38,876 bases of DNA from an uncultured bacterium (lineage in GTDB: Bacteria > Fidelibacterota > Marinisomatia > Marinisomatales > TCS55): NCBI GenBank assembly GCA_964468295.1, contig CAYXUK010000003.1, positions 1 to 38,876 on the forward strand, written 5' to 3'. The stretch's first letter is position 1; every line of letters begins with the position of its first letter. Below are positions 1-12,391 of this stretch, in pieces. A model generated the notes under the pieces. That model was not told the DNA's origin. It saw only the letters and a list, made by a program, of their open reading frames with translations, and did no database searches. Made by a program: the position numbers and the translations under genes.

Positions 1-620
1 CCAATATTTTTAATTTTTCCGGTTATTTCTTCCCGATCTGGGAAGGCGTTTACAAAGGGTTCAGCCGTTAGCTCAACTTTGGCATTTGGAGGTAAATCAT
101 CTGTAATATTTACAATGCGATCGCGTTCGATAGCCAACTGTCCAATGGATGTTTGAACGATAATTCCTAAATCATCTTCTTCAATAATTTCACCGTTTAC
201 AATAGTACCATTTTGTAGTTCAATACGATGTCGCAATTGTGGGATTTTAATTAAGTTGAGTAATTCTTCATCGATTGTTGGTATGGGACCTCTACCTTTT
301 TCGTAAACGGAAATAACTCGTTTAAGAGAATCTATTTGTTGATGAAGTATGTCAATACTGGATTTCAATTCAAAAAAGGGTTCATCTAGAGGGAGTTTAT
401 CTGCTTTTTCAGCTATTTCACGTACTTCAGGTAATGGGACCAGACTATCGTTAACTGTTGTGACTGGTATTTCTACTATTTCATCTGGTTTAATTATTTG
501 AACTGAATTTGAATCTATTGCAGTAGTTGTATCAAGTGGTGCCGCAATAACTGTAGTGTCAGTCTCATCTTGAGAGAAAAGGGAGCTGAAAAACAAAATA
601 AGTACTGGAATCCTATTCAT
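1..620 (-). CDS. hypothetical secreted protein; the C-terminal end runs off the window edge
   Basis: Not in the supplied ORF track. My own reverse-strand translation from the ATG at 620-618 reads MNRIPVLILFFSSLFSQDETDTT... and stays open to position 1. The N-terminus is hydrophobic and signal-like. The start overlaps the stop of the upstream HEAT-repeat gene by 8 nt (613-620). Confidence 0.5.
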   Translation of the reverse strand, partial: MNRIPVLILFFSSLFSQDETDTTVIAAPLDTTTAIDSNSVQIIKPDEIVEIPVTTVNDSLVPLPEVREIAEKADKLPLDEPFFELKSSIDILHQQIDSLKRVISVYEKGRGPIPTIDEELLNLIKIPQLRHRIELQNGTIVNGEIIEEDDLGIIVQTSIGQLAIERDRIVNITDDLPPNAKVELTAEPFVNAFPDREEITGKIKNI

Positions 621-1746
621 TCAAGATAACTGCTTTTTGATGTGCTTCGAACGTCCTCCGATGAATTTCTTGTTCGTATGTTTCATATACGCCCAAATTT
701 TTCACAGTTTGGATGACGGCGGAATGCAGATTGAATTGATTAGGATCAGATAAAATTGGCATAAGAGATGGTATTACAGTCTCATCACCTAAGTCTGAGA
801 GTTTATCAATTGCCTTGACACGAATATCCTGAGGGTAGGCATCATTCATGGCAATTTCTTTTACTGCTTTTTGAATACTGGGATCCTTGAATTCACCCAG
901 TGCTTCCAGGAGCGTATTCAGTAAGTTGTAATATTGGTCTTTGCCTGAACGATAAGTTTGCAGTAGTGCAAGGATTAGATTTTCTTCCTTCACACCTTTC
1001 ATAGTATTTAAAGCGAAATCCTGAACTTCTAAATTAGTTTGAGGGTCACCCAATAATTCTGCAAAGGCACCAGCTACTTGGGATGGGTCTTTTTTCCCAA
1101 GAATCTCTAATGCACGATTGCGAATGCCCAGATTCACATTTGGATCCCTTGAAATTTGTGTAAGAATAGGAACCACTTCATCAGTACCTAATGCACCCAG
1201 TGTTTCTGTCAGAAGTCTTTCAGTCCGATTATAATTATTTCGGCTAATTTCGTATAGGTCTAGCAATGCAAGAACCTGATCTTTGGTGCGGACTTTATTT
1301 AAATTCTGAACCAGTGCCATTTGCAACGAATTGGTCTTTTCTTCGACTTTATTCATGGCCTCTACCATGGCGTCTGCAGCTCGAGGGTCATCTTTGAATT
1401 CGGCTAATAACTCGATCGAGGCCACCATGAAAGTCACATCTAAAGCGGCTGCTTCACCCACCGTTTCAGTAATGGCATTTAAAGCTGTAGGGTGTTGGCT
1501 TTCCGCTAGTGCTTTTCCTGCAGCTATCCGTACTTCAAATGGTTGATTTGTATCATTATAAATCGCAATCATTTCTTCAATGGCTTGGAGTTTCCCTTCA
1601 TTGAAATCTGTTCTAAGTTTTTGAATCAACTCAAAAGTAATGTCACCTTGCTCATCCTCTCCTGGCCAGAATTTCTTTAACATAGAACACCCCTCAAGAA
1701 AAAGGAATAAAGAAAGAATGATAATGGTGAGATTATGGCGTTTCAT
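613..1746 (-). CDS. HEAT/PBS-lyase-type helical-repeat lipoprotein
   Basis: 377-aa ORF. The N-terminus MKRHNLTIIILSLFLFLEGCS has a lipobox-like L-E-G-C. The body consists of recurring helical units such as QPFEVRIAAGKALAE, DPNVNLGIRNRALEILG and YPQDIRVKAIDKLSDLG, which are typical of HEAT-like repeats. Confidence 0.6.
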   Translation of the reverse strand: MKRHNLTIIILSLFLFLEGCSMLKKFWPGEDEQGDITFELIQKLRTDFNEGKLQAIEEMIAIYNDTNQPFEVRIAAGKALAESQHPTALNAITETVGEAAALDVTFMVASIELLAEFKDDPRAADAMVEAMNKVEEKTNSLQMALVQNLNKVRTKDQVLALLDLYEISRNNYNRTERLLTETLGALGTDEVVPILTQISRDPNVNLGIRNRALEILGKKDPSQVAGAFAELLGDPQTNLEVQDFALNTMKGVKEENLILALLQTYRSGKDQYYNLLNTLLEALGEFKDPSIQKAVKEIAMNDAYPQDIRVKAIDKLSDLGDETVIPSLMPILSDPNQFNLHSAVIQTVKNLGVYETYEQEIHRRTFEAHQKAVILNE

Positions 1747-2479
1747 GATTTCTCCAAAATTTTAATTTCAGATCATGGCCGTCAAATATTGCATAAGAAA
1801 AAAAGCTTAGCCAGTCTCCAAGAATAAATAATTTACCACCATTAAGTGTTAATTCCTTTGCTTGGTGGTAATGGCCGGTAATAAAATAATCAAACCCTTT
1901 TTCCAACCGTTTTTGGGCATGAATCGACATTTCATCTAATATCTTTTTGTTGTATTCCTTGGAATGATCATAATGTTTTCCCTTTTTAGAAACCCACTCA
2001 CCAATCCTATATCCCAGTCGCGGATGGAGCATCCTGTAGGTCCAAATAAATAAACGGGAATGAAGCAATCTTTTTAATAGTCGATAACCTTTGTCCCACG
2101 ATAAATAACCATCCCCATGGGTCACGTAAAACTTTTTACCATTAAGGTCAAAAGTTGTATCCGAAAAATAAGTATGATCAAACAGGGTTTCGGTAATGAA
2201 ATCACGGACCCAATAATCATGATTTCCAAGAATGAAATGTACTTTTATTCCTTCTTCACGTAATTTTAATATTTCGTGGTAAAACGGAAAAAATACTTTG
2301 GGTATCACATCTTTGTATTCAAAATAGAAATCAAAAAGGTCACCATTAATTACAAGCGTACCACCAGATTTTTTTATATGATGTAAAAATTTGAACAGTA
2401 TATCTTGTCGTTTTCCCTCAGATTCTGTTCTTTCCAGCATTAAATGTATGTCGGAAATAAAATAGACTGGCAAATCCAT
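1733..2479 (-). CDS. lpxH: UDP-2,3-diacylglucosamine diphosphatase (LpxH-family metallophosphoesterase)
   Basis: 248 aa with calcineurin-like motifs in order: SDIHL, NGDLFD, GNHDYW, THGD, GHYH. Size and N-terminal layout fit LpxH. It overlaps the downstream lipoprotein gene by 14 nt. Confidence 0.7.
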   Translation of the reverse strand: MDLPVYFISDIHLMLERTESEGKRQDILFKFLHHIKKSGGTLVINGDLFDFYFEYKDVIPKVFFPFYHEILKLREEGIKVHFILGNHDYWVRDFITETLFDHTYFSDTTFDLNGKKFYVTHGDGYLSWDKGYRLLKRLLHSRLFIWTYRMLHPRLGYRIGEWVSKKGKHYDHSKEYNKKILDEMSIHAQKRLEKGFDYFITGHYHQAKELTLNGGKLFILGDWLSFFSYAIFDGHDLKLKFWRNHETP

Positions 2480-2616
2480 ATAGGTTAAAATACTGTTTTA
2501 TCGAGGGGACAGTCAATCTTGAAACTGGAAAAATTAATTTAATTACTTTTTAACATTTTTTGTTTAATATCGTCGAAATTCAGGAACTAACGAATTAAAT
2601 TCAAATATATAATAGT

Positions 2617-5600
2617 ATGATACGCATTATTTTCCTCATCATCTTTGTAGCATCATCGATGCTCAGCGCACAAACCTCCTTCGGTCAAAATAAAGTACAA
2701 TACAGGGATTTTGATTGGAATTATATCTCATCACCTCAATTTGATATTTACTATTACGGCGATGAAATTGAATTAGCACATTTTACAATGGCAGCTGCTG
2801 GCGAGGCTTACGAACAAATTGCAAAACACCTGCGCTGGAATTTAAAAAAACGAGTTCCCATTATTGTTTACCATTCCCACAATGAATTTCAACAGACAAA
2901 TGTAATTGCACAGTACATGCAGGAAGGGATTGGCGGTGTAACGGAATTATTCAAAAATCGGATTGTCATTCCTTTTGAAGGGGATTATGCTGCATTTCGC
3001 CATGTTATTCATCATGAATTGGTCCACGCAATGATAAATGATTTAGTATATGGGGGAAGAATGCAAAATGTGATTTCGGGTCAAATAAGGCTCCAAATCC
3101 CATTGTGGGCAAATGAAGGATTAGCAGAATACCTATCTTCAAATTGGGATACACAAGCGGATATGACAATCCGTGATTTAGCCATCAATGAACGTATCCC
3201 AACCATACGTGAACTAGAATACTTTTTAGCGTATAAAGGTGGTCAGTCAGTTTGGCGGTTTATTGCCGCCAAATACGGTCGTGAAAAAATCGGCGAAGTA
3301 TTTCAAGCGATGAAACTGAGAGGAACAGCAGAAGCAGGATTTAAAGAAGCGCTTGGCATGGACTTTGAAGAATTAACTGAACAATGGCATTCATATATTA
3401 AGAAGGAATATTACCCCGATGTGGCTGGAAGAGATGAAGTCAAGGATATTGCTAAACGGCTAACTGATCACAAAAAAGCAAAGAACTTTTATAATGTTTC
3501 ACCCACCATTTCTCCTGATGGAAGTAAAATTGCAGTATTATCTGATCGGTCAGGATATATGGATATCTATATTTTGGATGTTGTGACAGGGAAAAAAATC
3601 AAGCGGTTAATCAAAGGAAGCCGATCGATCAATTTTGAAGAATTGAAATTTCTTCAGCCTGGAATTAGTTGGTCTCCAGACAGCAAAAGAATTGTGCTTG
3701 CAGCCAAATCCGGTGCACATGATGCCCTCTATTTAATTGATGTAGATAAAGGTAAGCAGAAGAAAATAGTTTTTGAATTGGATGGTGTTTTCACCGCATC
3801 TTGGAGTCCAGATGGGAAACAGTTGGCTTTTGTTGGGAATGAAGGTGGCGCCAGCGACATTTATATCTATAATCTTGATAATGAAGAACAAATAAATATA
3901 ACCAATGATATCTTTTCTGATACCGAACCGTCTTGGAGCCCAGATGGTAAAATGATTGCTTTTGTATCGGACCGTGGCGGGCTAAGTAATAACGGTAAAA
4001 CTACTGCCAAAGACATGATTAATCATAAATACGATCAAAAGGATATTTATACTATTGATGTTTTATCTGGGAACGTATCTCGTATCACCGATACCAATTA
4101 TAATGAAAATTATCCGATTTTTGCCCATACGGATAATAAACTGTTTTATACTTCAGATTACCAGGGTACATGGAATCTTTTTCGCCATGATTTCAATACA
4201 AATGAATCCCAAGCAGTTACAAATTTACTCACAGGGCTTTTTCAATTAAGCCTAACCCAAGATGATGCAACAATGGTATTTACTGGATATTCCGGGCTGG
4301 GCTGGGATGTTTATCGTATAAATAACCCGCTCAGTTTGGATTCTACTGAGCTTTCTCCTACTAATTTTATCTTAAACCGGGAAGAAAATGATAAAGAAGA
4401 ACTTGTTGACTTAAGAAAACATAAAAGAAGAGGAAGTGACGCCAATACTACCGATTTCTCGACATATATTTTTGCCTGGGAATTTGAGCATTATAACAAT
4501 AATCAATCTTTAGATAATAAACCATTGGAGTCCAAGCCAGATTCAGTCTACAGAAAAGATAATGGAGAATATATTCCTCAAGTTTACAAAACTCTTTTCA
4601 GCTTAGATGTGGCACAAGGACAGTATGGGTACAATAATGTATTTGGACATCAAGGATTAATTGTGATGTATTGGAGCGATATAATGGGTGATCACCAGAT
4701 ATCTGCGGCAATGCAATCCCAGATTTCATTATCTAATAGTGATTATTATTTGAATTATGGCTACCTAAAAAAACGGATGGATTACTATTTCACTTTATTT
4801 CACCAAGCAGATTTCTTTTTTGCTGGATACTCGATAAATGAAATTAATACGCTCACAGAATTAACAGCCCGAATGCGTCATTTTGGATTTGCCGCCATGG
4901 TGTCACGACCTTTTAATCGCTTTCACCGCATCGATGCCGGTGTTGTAATTCATAATCTGGAATATAAGTTATTTGAGATTGATCCATTACTAAATCAAAA
5001 TAATATTGTGCAAGATGATGGTTTTACTTCGGCAAACCCAACTGTGAGTTATGTCTTTGACAACACTGTTTTTGGCTATACCGGACCGGTAGATGGATTT
5101 CGCCAAAATACAACAATTGAATTTAGTCCTGCTATGGGTAACAAGGGGATTTCCTATCAAAAAATCAAAATTGATATGCGCAAATATCATATGGTGACGA
5201 GAGATTATTCATTTGCCGGAAGAATCTATTTTGGTACAAGTACCGGTAAGAACCCGCAGAAATATTTTTTAGGAGGAATGCAAAATTGGCTTTTAGGTAC
5301 AGGGACGACGGATGGTGTTAGAGATGATGAAACAGGAGAGTCCCGCTGGCGCAATGTTATCCTAGATAGTCAAAATAATACGCTGCTTCAGGATATTTAT
5401 TTTTCAGAATTTGCATATCCTTTGCGAGGAGCCCGTTTCTCAGAGCGATTTGGGACAAATGTATTTTTGGCCAATTTTGAATTCCGTTTCCCTTTTATCC
5501 AATATTTTCAGCTAGGATTTCCAAAAATTCTTTTAGGAAATATCCGTGGTCATATTTTTATGGATATTGGAGCAGCCTGGGATGATCCACGGGAGTTTAC

Positions 5601-5790
5601 AGACTTTCCGTATTTACAAACAAAATACGGTAATAATTTACCAGATCAATTTTCTCCCTGGGTCAAGTCCATCGGATATGGTATTAAATTACCCATTCTT
5701 ATGCTTTTCCGTATTGAAGCAGCCTATGACTGGACCGATAGTGGATTTTCCAAACCCCAATGGTATCTTTCCATAGGGTATGACTGGTAA
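2617..5790 (+). CDS. large outer-membrane protein: HExxH peptidase-like domain + PD40/TolB-like beta-propeller + Omp85 (BamA/surface-antigen)-type C-terminal barrel
   Basis: 1057 aa. Signal peptide MIRIIFLIIFVASSMLSAQ. Zinc-peptidase-like HHELVHAM near residue 130. At least five PD40-like repeats (SPDGSKIAVLSDRSGYMDIYILD, WSPDSKRIVLAA, WSPDGKQLAFVGNEGGASDIYIYN, WSPDGKMIAFVSDRGG...DIYTID, DNKLFYTSDYQGTWNLF). The C-terminus has Omp85-barrel hallmarks (YPLRGARF..., ANFEFRFPF, GHIFMDIGAAW, SIGYGIKLP...FRIEAAYDW) and ends in an aromatic residue (YDW). Confidence 0.8.
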   Translation: MIRIIFLIIFVASSMLSAQTSFGQNKVQYRDFDWNYISSPQFDIYYYGDEIELAHFTMAAAGEAYEQIAKHLRWNLKKRVPIIVYHSHNEFQQTNVIAQYMQEGIGGVTELFKNRIVIPFEGDYAAFRHVIHHELVHAMINDLVYGGRMQNVISGQIRLQIPLWANEGLAEYLSSNWDTQADMTIRDLAINERIPTIRELEYFLAYKGGQSVWRFIAAKYGREKIGEVFQAMKLRGTAEAGFKEALGMDFEELTEQWHSYIKKEYYPDVAGRDEVKDIAKRLTDHKKAKNFYNVSPTISPDGSKIAVLSDRSGYMDIYILDVVTGKKIKRLIKGSRSINFEELKFLQPGISWSPDSKRIVLAAKSGAHDALYLIDVDKGKQKKIVFELDGVFTASWSPDGKQLAFVGNEGGASDIYIYNLDNEEQINITNDIFSDTEPSWSPDGKMIAFVSDRGGLSNNGKTTAKDMINHKYDQKDIYTIDVLSGNVSRITDTNYNENYPIFAHTDNKLFYTSDYQGTWNLFRHDFNTNESQAVTNLLTGLFQLSLTQDDATMVFTGYSGLGWDVYRINNPLSLDSTELSPTNFILNREENDKEELVDLRKHKRRGSDANTTDFSTYIFAWEFEHYNNNQSLDNKPLESKPDSVYRKDNGEYIPQVYKTLFSLDVAQGQYGYNNVFGHQGLIVMYWSDIMGDHQISAAMQSQISLSNSDYYLNYGYLKKRMDYYFTLFHQADFFFAGYSINEINTLTELTARMRHFGFAAMVSRPFNRFHRIDAGVVIHNLEYKLFEIDPLLNQNNIVQDDGFTSANPTVSYVFDNTVFGYTGPVDGFRQNTTIEFSPAMGNKGISYQKIKIDMRKYHMVTRDYSFAGRIYFGTSTGKNPQKYFLGGMQNWLLGTGTTDGVRDDETGESRWRNVILDSQNNTLLQDIYFSEFAYPLRGARFSERFGTNVFLANFEFRFPFIQYFQLGFPKILLGNIRGHIFMDIGAAWDDPREFTDFPYLQTKYGNNLPDQFSPWVKSIGYGIKLPILMLFRIEAAYDWTDSGFSKPQWYLSIGYDW

Positions 5791-5848
5791 AGTGTACTGC
5801 CTTTCAGCTTGATTCTGCACTCAGCCTGACTCAATTTCCCACACATAT

Positions 5849-8337
<2,489 letters not shown>

Positions 8338-8340
8338 GTT

Positions 8341-9285
8341 GTGAGATACGTTTCCATATTAATCCTGACGGTTGCTTTCAGTTATGGGCAGAACCTAGAA
8401 GTAAGTTTTATGCGCTTTTATGCCAGTGATCACGATTATATGGCTGATATTCGTCTTTTGGCTACCAACCGTTTTGAGCAACCTCATATCCAGGTTTTTT
8501 ATAATGATCGTAAAGTCCCTGTTTTAAAGGAGTGGATCAATATAGAAGGAGAATCCATTAAGCAAGAATTTTTGGAATATGGTAACGATAATAAATTGAT
8601 CCGGCGTTATTTTTTAAACTCTGATCAAAAGCCGGATAGTTTGATCCAATTCGGCATGGATGAGCCTTGGTCAGAAGAATTCCGTAATGTTTTAAGTCCA
8701 CAGAGTTACAACTACTATGAGGGGCAAGAATCAAAATTCATTCTTAATAAGGGAGATCAAATACAATCGATACAGTTTATCAATGTTCAGGGTAAAAAAT
8801 ACGGAGAAATTAATTTTATATACGATCATTTAGGGTTGCTCAGCGGTGAGGTTTGGACATCATTACCGAATGAGTTAGTTATCCGCAGGTTTGCCTATGA
8901 AGTAGATATGCTTACGAACCGCAAAGAAATTTGGGAGTATGATCGTAATGGACAAGAATTAAGCCATATAGCTTTAACGCAACCTCCTGCGAGCCAATTG
9001 TATAAAACACCACCACCTAGGTATGGCAATCGACTTGATGAGATATCAATTTTATTAGAAGATATTCGAGAGAAAAAATTAAATGTACCTTTTGATGTAT
9101 TTATACCCAAAACTGACTATGATTTAATGATCTTAACCAATGGCGACAGTTTAATGATCCATTTGGTAGAATTGGGTATACAACGTGTTCAATTTATCAT
9201 TGTAGGCGAAAAAGATGAATTAACTATGCCCAAGTTTCGAATTGAATCAATCACTTCTAAGTACGGAGAACGCATTTACCCCTAA
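8341..9285 (+). CDS. hypothetical secreted protein
   Basis: 314-aa ORF with a GTG start 3 nt after the tgt stop. Signal-like N-terminus MRYVSILILTVAFSYGQ. I recognised no family motif. Confidence 0.55.
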   Translation: MRYVSILILTVAFSYGQNLEVSFMRFYASDHDYMADIRLLATNRFEQPHIQVFYNDRKVPVLKEWINIEGESIKQEFLEYGNDNKLIRRYFLNSDQKPDSLIQFGMDEPWSEEFRNVLSPQSYNYYEGQESKFILNKGDQIQSIQFINVQGKKYGEINFIYDHLGLLSGEVWTSLPNELVIRRFAYEVDMLTNRKEIWEYDRNGQELSHIALTQPPASQLYKTPPPRYGNRLDEISILLEDIREKKLNVPFDVFIPKTDYDLMILTNGDSLMIHLVELGIQRVQFIIVGEKDELTMPKFRIESITSKYGERIYP

Positions 9286-9349
9286 ACTTGCATTGAGATA
9301 AACACAGTGGGTAAATTGCCTACTCTATAACCACATACTAGAGGATTGA

Positions 9350-10120
9350 ATGAAGTTTTTGAAACATTATACCTTCACCGCCTTTCTATTTCTTGCATTT
9401 GGGTGGTCACAATCCTACCCGCCCCCAACTACGTTAGTAACAATACCTTCTGCTGGTACACTTGTACGTGGCAGTTATGCGATGCAGATGCGGATTCAAA
9501 AGAATGGGGGATTTACCACGTCCTTGCGTGCTGGCCTTACTGACCGATTTCAATTTGGTCTTTCATTTGGTTCTGCCAATTTAATTGGAGATGACAGTCT
9601 AATATGGTATCCCCGACCTGAAGCACATTTAAAATATCTTCTGATTGATGAGACTGAATCTTCGCCTGGGGTTTCAATGGGATTGGATACACAAGGGATG
9701 GGAAATTTTAATTCTGCTGATTCATTGATGCGGTATGATGTAAAGGCTATGGGATTTTTTATGGCCGCCAGCAAAAATTGGGTAACGCCATTAGGAAATC
9801 TGGGTATACATGCCGGAACAAACTATAATTTTGCAGAAGTGAATGATGGCGATAAGGATATAAATTATTTTTTCGGAATGGATATAGAATTCAATCCAGA
9901 ATTGTCCGTGCTAATGGAATATAATGCAGCCCTTAATGAAAATGATATGACAGCCAAGACCATGTCTATCAGTCGCGGAGGTTACTTGAATGCAGCTATT
10001 CGGTGGACATTTGTAGAACATCTACATATTGAGATGGATTTTAATAATCTGCTATTTGATGATGAAAAAGTGGATTATTTTCAGCGTGAATTAAAAATTA
10101 CATATATCGAATATTTCTAA
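9350..10120 (+). CDS. hypothetical outer-membrane beta-barrel-like protein
   Basis: 256 aa. Signal-like N-terminus MKFLKHYTFTAFLFLAFGWSQ. Alternating hydrophobic/polar stretches, ending in the OMP-style aromatic terminus ...ITYIEYF. Confidence 0.5.
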   Translation: MKFLKHYTFTAFLFLAFGWSQSYPPPTTLVTIPSAGTLVRGSYAMQMRIQKNGGFTTSLRAGLTDRFQFGLSFGSANLIGDDSLIWYPRPEAHLKYLLIDETESSPGVSMGLDTQGMGNFNSADSLMRYDVKAMGFFMAASKNWVTPLGNLGIHAGTNYNFAEVNDGDKDINYFFGMDIEFNPELSVLMEYNAALNENDMTAKTMSISRGGYLNAAIRWTFVEHLHIEMDFNNLLFDDEKVDYFQRELKITYIEYF

Positions 10121-10884
10121 TGATTCTAAATTGGTTAATCCCAATTTTATGGATTGGTGGCCTATATGCCCAAACCAATTTAGATAAAGGATTAATCGCT
10201 TATAACCGTAAGGCTGAAGGGAGCATTGAGGATCGGGCACAGCCGGCAGCAATTAATGAAGCGATTAAATACTATCAATTTGCTTTAGATGAACCAGATA
10301 CGGAAATAGATGCTGCTATTGGACTATTAAAATCCTATTACTTTAAAGGGAAATATGTCAGTAGTACAAAAGATGAACAAAAAACAGTTTTTGATAAAGC
10401 AATAAGTCTAGCATTAAACTATATAGATCGCTATCCACAGAAGCCCGGTTTTCATTATTGGTATTTAACAAATTTGGGCAGCTGGGCGGAGGTTTATGGC
10501 ATTCTGACTGCTGCTCGAGAAGGCGTAGCTGATCAAATGAAAGACCATGCTATGAAGATTATTGCATTAGATCCAGAATACGAAGATGGTGGCGGATATC
10601 TGATGTTGGGCGCTGTCCATTATAAGTCACCCTATATACCATTTATTTTATCATGGCCTGATAATGAAGAAGCGGTAAAATGGTTGCAAAAAGCATTTAC
10701 AACTGGCGAAGCGACTCCTGTCCAGAAAGTGTATTTAGCCCAAGCGCTTTATAAAGAAAAACAAAGAAATAAAGCTATTACAATTTTGCAAGAAGTAAGC
10801 AACATGACTCCTTCCTTGGTTAAACCTGTTAGCGATTGGGAGCAGATAAAAAAATCCCGAGCTCTATTACAAAAATACCAATAA
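10120..10884 (+). CDS. helical-repeat (TPR-like) protein with signal peptide
   Basis: 254 aa. The ATG overlaps the stop of the previous gene by 1 nt. N-terminus MILNWLIPILWIGGLYAQ. Helix-rich with A/Y/L-rich repeats (AIKYYQFAL, LLKSYYFKGKY, YLAQALYKEKQRNKAITILQE). A resemblance to the TatT family is possible but I could not verify it. Confidence 0.5.
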   Translation: MILNWLIPILWIGGLYAQTNLDKGLIAYNRKAEGSIEDRAQPAAINEAIKYYQFALDEPDTEIDAAIGLLKSYYFKGKYVSSTKDEQKTVFDKAISLALNYIDRYPQKPGFHYWYLTNLGSWAEVYGILTAAREGVADQMKDHAMKIIALDPEYEDGGGYLMLGAVHYKSPYIPFILSWPDNEEAVKWLQKAFTTGEATPVQKVYLAQALYKEKQRNKAITILQEVSNMTPSLVKPVSDWEQIKKSRALLQKYQ

Positions 10885-10897
10885 TAATTATTTATCC

Positions 10898-11440
10898 ATG
10901 TCTGATTTAAAAGAGAAGCAAATTTCTTCGGAGAAAATCTTTTCTGGTCGATTGATCAACCTGTATTTTGACCAAGTTAAGTTACCCAATGGTAAAACCA
11001 GCACTCGCGAATGGATTGACCATCCAGGCGCTGTATGCCTTATTCCCATTTTAGCTGATGGGAATCTATGTTTAATTAGACAATTCCGTTATGGTCCGAG
11101 AGAGGAATTCATTGAAATCCCAGCTGGAAAGTTAGATGATGGAGAGGATCCCATGGATTGTGCCTATCGTGAGTTGGAAGAAGAAACGGGATTCAAGGCA
11201 AAAAAACTTACTTTTTTAACCAATATTCATCCTGCCATCGGTTTTTGTAATGAAAAGATGTGGATGTACCTGGCTGAAGACTTAGAGAAGACAGAAAATC
11301 GACTTGATCAGGATGAATTTCTTGAACTGATTCCTACGCCACTTAATACTGCTTTGGATTGGGTCTTATCTGGTAAAATTACCGATGTAAAAACGGTGAT
11401 CGGTATTTTGTGGGCCGAACGAATTCTTAAACATTCATAA
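10898..11440 (+). CDS. NUDIX hydrolase, ADP-ribose pyrophosphatase-like
   Basis: 180 aa with the Nudix box GKLDDGEDPMDCAYRELEEETGF. The overall layout resembles NudF/ADPRase. Confidence 0.8.
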   Translation: MSDLKEKQISSEKIFSGRLINLYFDQVKLPNGKTSTREWIDHPGAVCLIPILADGNLCLIRQFRYGPREEFIEIPAGKLDDGEDPMDCAYRELEEETGFKAKKLTFLTNIHPAIGFCNEKMWMYLAEDLEKTENRLDQDEFLELIPTPLNTALDWVLSGKITDVKTVIGILWAERILKHS

Positions 11441-11452
11441 TATTTTTCCACT

Positions 11453-12391
11453 ATGATTAAGGGTCTTTCTAAAAAAGTCAAAGCCAAAGCAAAAGAACTG
11501 GGTTTTGAAAAAGTCGGTATTACCAATGCTGAGGCAACTCCCAACGCAAAAAACAACTTGGATCAATGGTTAATGGCCGGCAATCATGCTACAATGGAAT
11601 GGATGGCCAAAAACAACGAAGTGCGGGGAGATATTCACAAGTACTTTCCTGATGCAATGTCAGTGATTTCTGTGGGGATGAATTATTATGTAGGCAAAAA
11701 CCAAACTAACATTCAATCTGATTATAAATTTAGTAATTATGCTTGGGGCGAGGATTATCATCAAGTTCTGAAAAAAAAACTGTTTGAATTATTAAAATGG
11801 TTAAAAGAAAAAAGTGCAGATATAAATGGTATTGCATGTGTAGATACGTCCCCGGTAATGGATAAAATCTGGGCTCAAAAAGCAGGATTGGGATGGCAGG
11901 GAAAGCATACCAATCTGATTACTCGCGATTACGGCAGCTGGCTTTTCCTGGGAGAATTAATTGTAAATACCGAAATGGAATATGATACGCCATTTTACGA
12001 AGACCTTTGTGGTACTTGCACCGACTGCATTGATGCATGCCCTACAGAAGCACTAGATTCATATCAGATTGATTCGGGTAAGTGCATTTCTTACCGTTCA
12101 ATTGAACATCGGGGTAATTTTAATGAGGGAGAGGCAGAGTTGGATAGTTGGATATATGGTTGTGATATTTGCCAGCAAGTCTGTCCCTGGAATGAAAAAT
12201 TTGGACAGATAAGTAATGAACCTGCTTTTCAGCCTAGACAGGAAATTTTAAATTGGTCAAATGAAGATTGGGTTGCTCTGGATGAAGATCAATTTCGTAA
12301 ATTGTTCAAAGGTTCAGCAGTAAAACGCACCAAATTTTCTGGTTTAACCAGAAATATTTTAATGAACAGGAATAAAGGTACTGAAAAATAA
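11453..12391 (+). CDS. queG: tRNA epoxyqueuosine(34) reductase
   Basis: 312 aa. Two 4Fe-4S ferredoxin motifs (CGTCTDCIDACP and CDICQQVCPWN) sit in the QueG-typical position, and the length is right for the family. Confidence 0.9.
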   Translation: MIKGLSKKVKAKAKELGFEKVGITNAEATPNAKNNLDQWLMAGNHATMEWMAKNNEVRGDIHKYFPDAMSVISVGMNYYVGKNQTNIQSDYKFSNYAWGEDYHQVLKKKLFELLKWLKEKSADINGIACVDTSPVMDKIWAQKAGLGWQGKHTNLITRDYGSWLFLGELIVNTEMEYDTPFYEDLCGTCTDCIDACPTEALDSYQIDSGKCISYRSIEHRGNFNEGEAELDSWIYGCDICQQVCPWNEKFGQISNEPAFQPRQEILNWSNEDWVALDEDQFRKLFKGSAVKRTKFSGLTRNILMNRNKGTEK

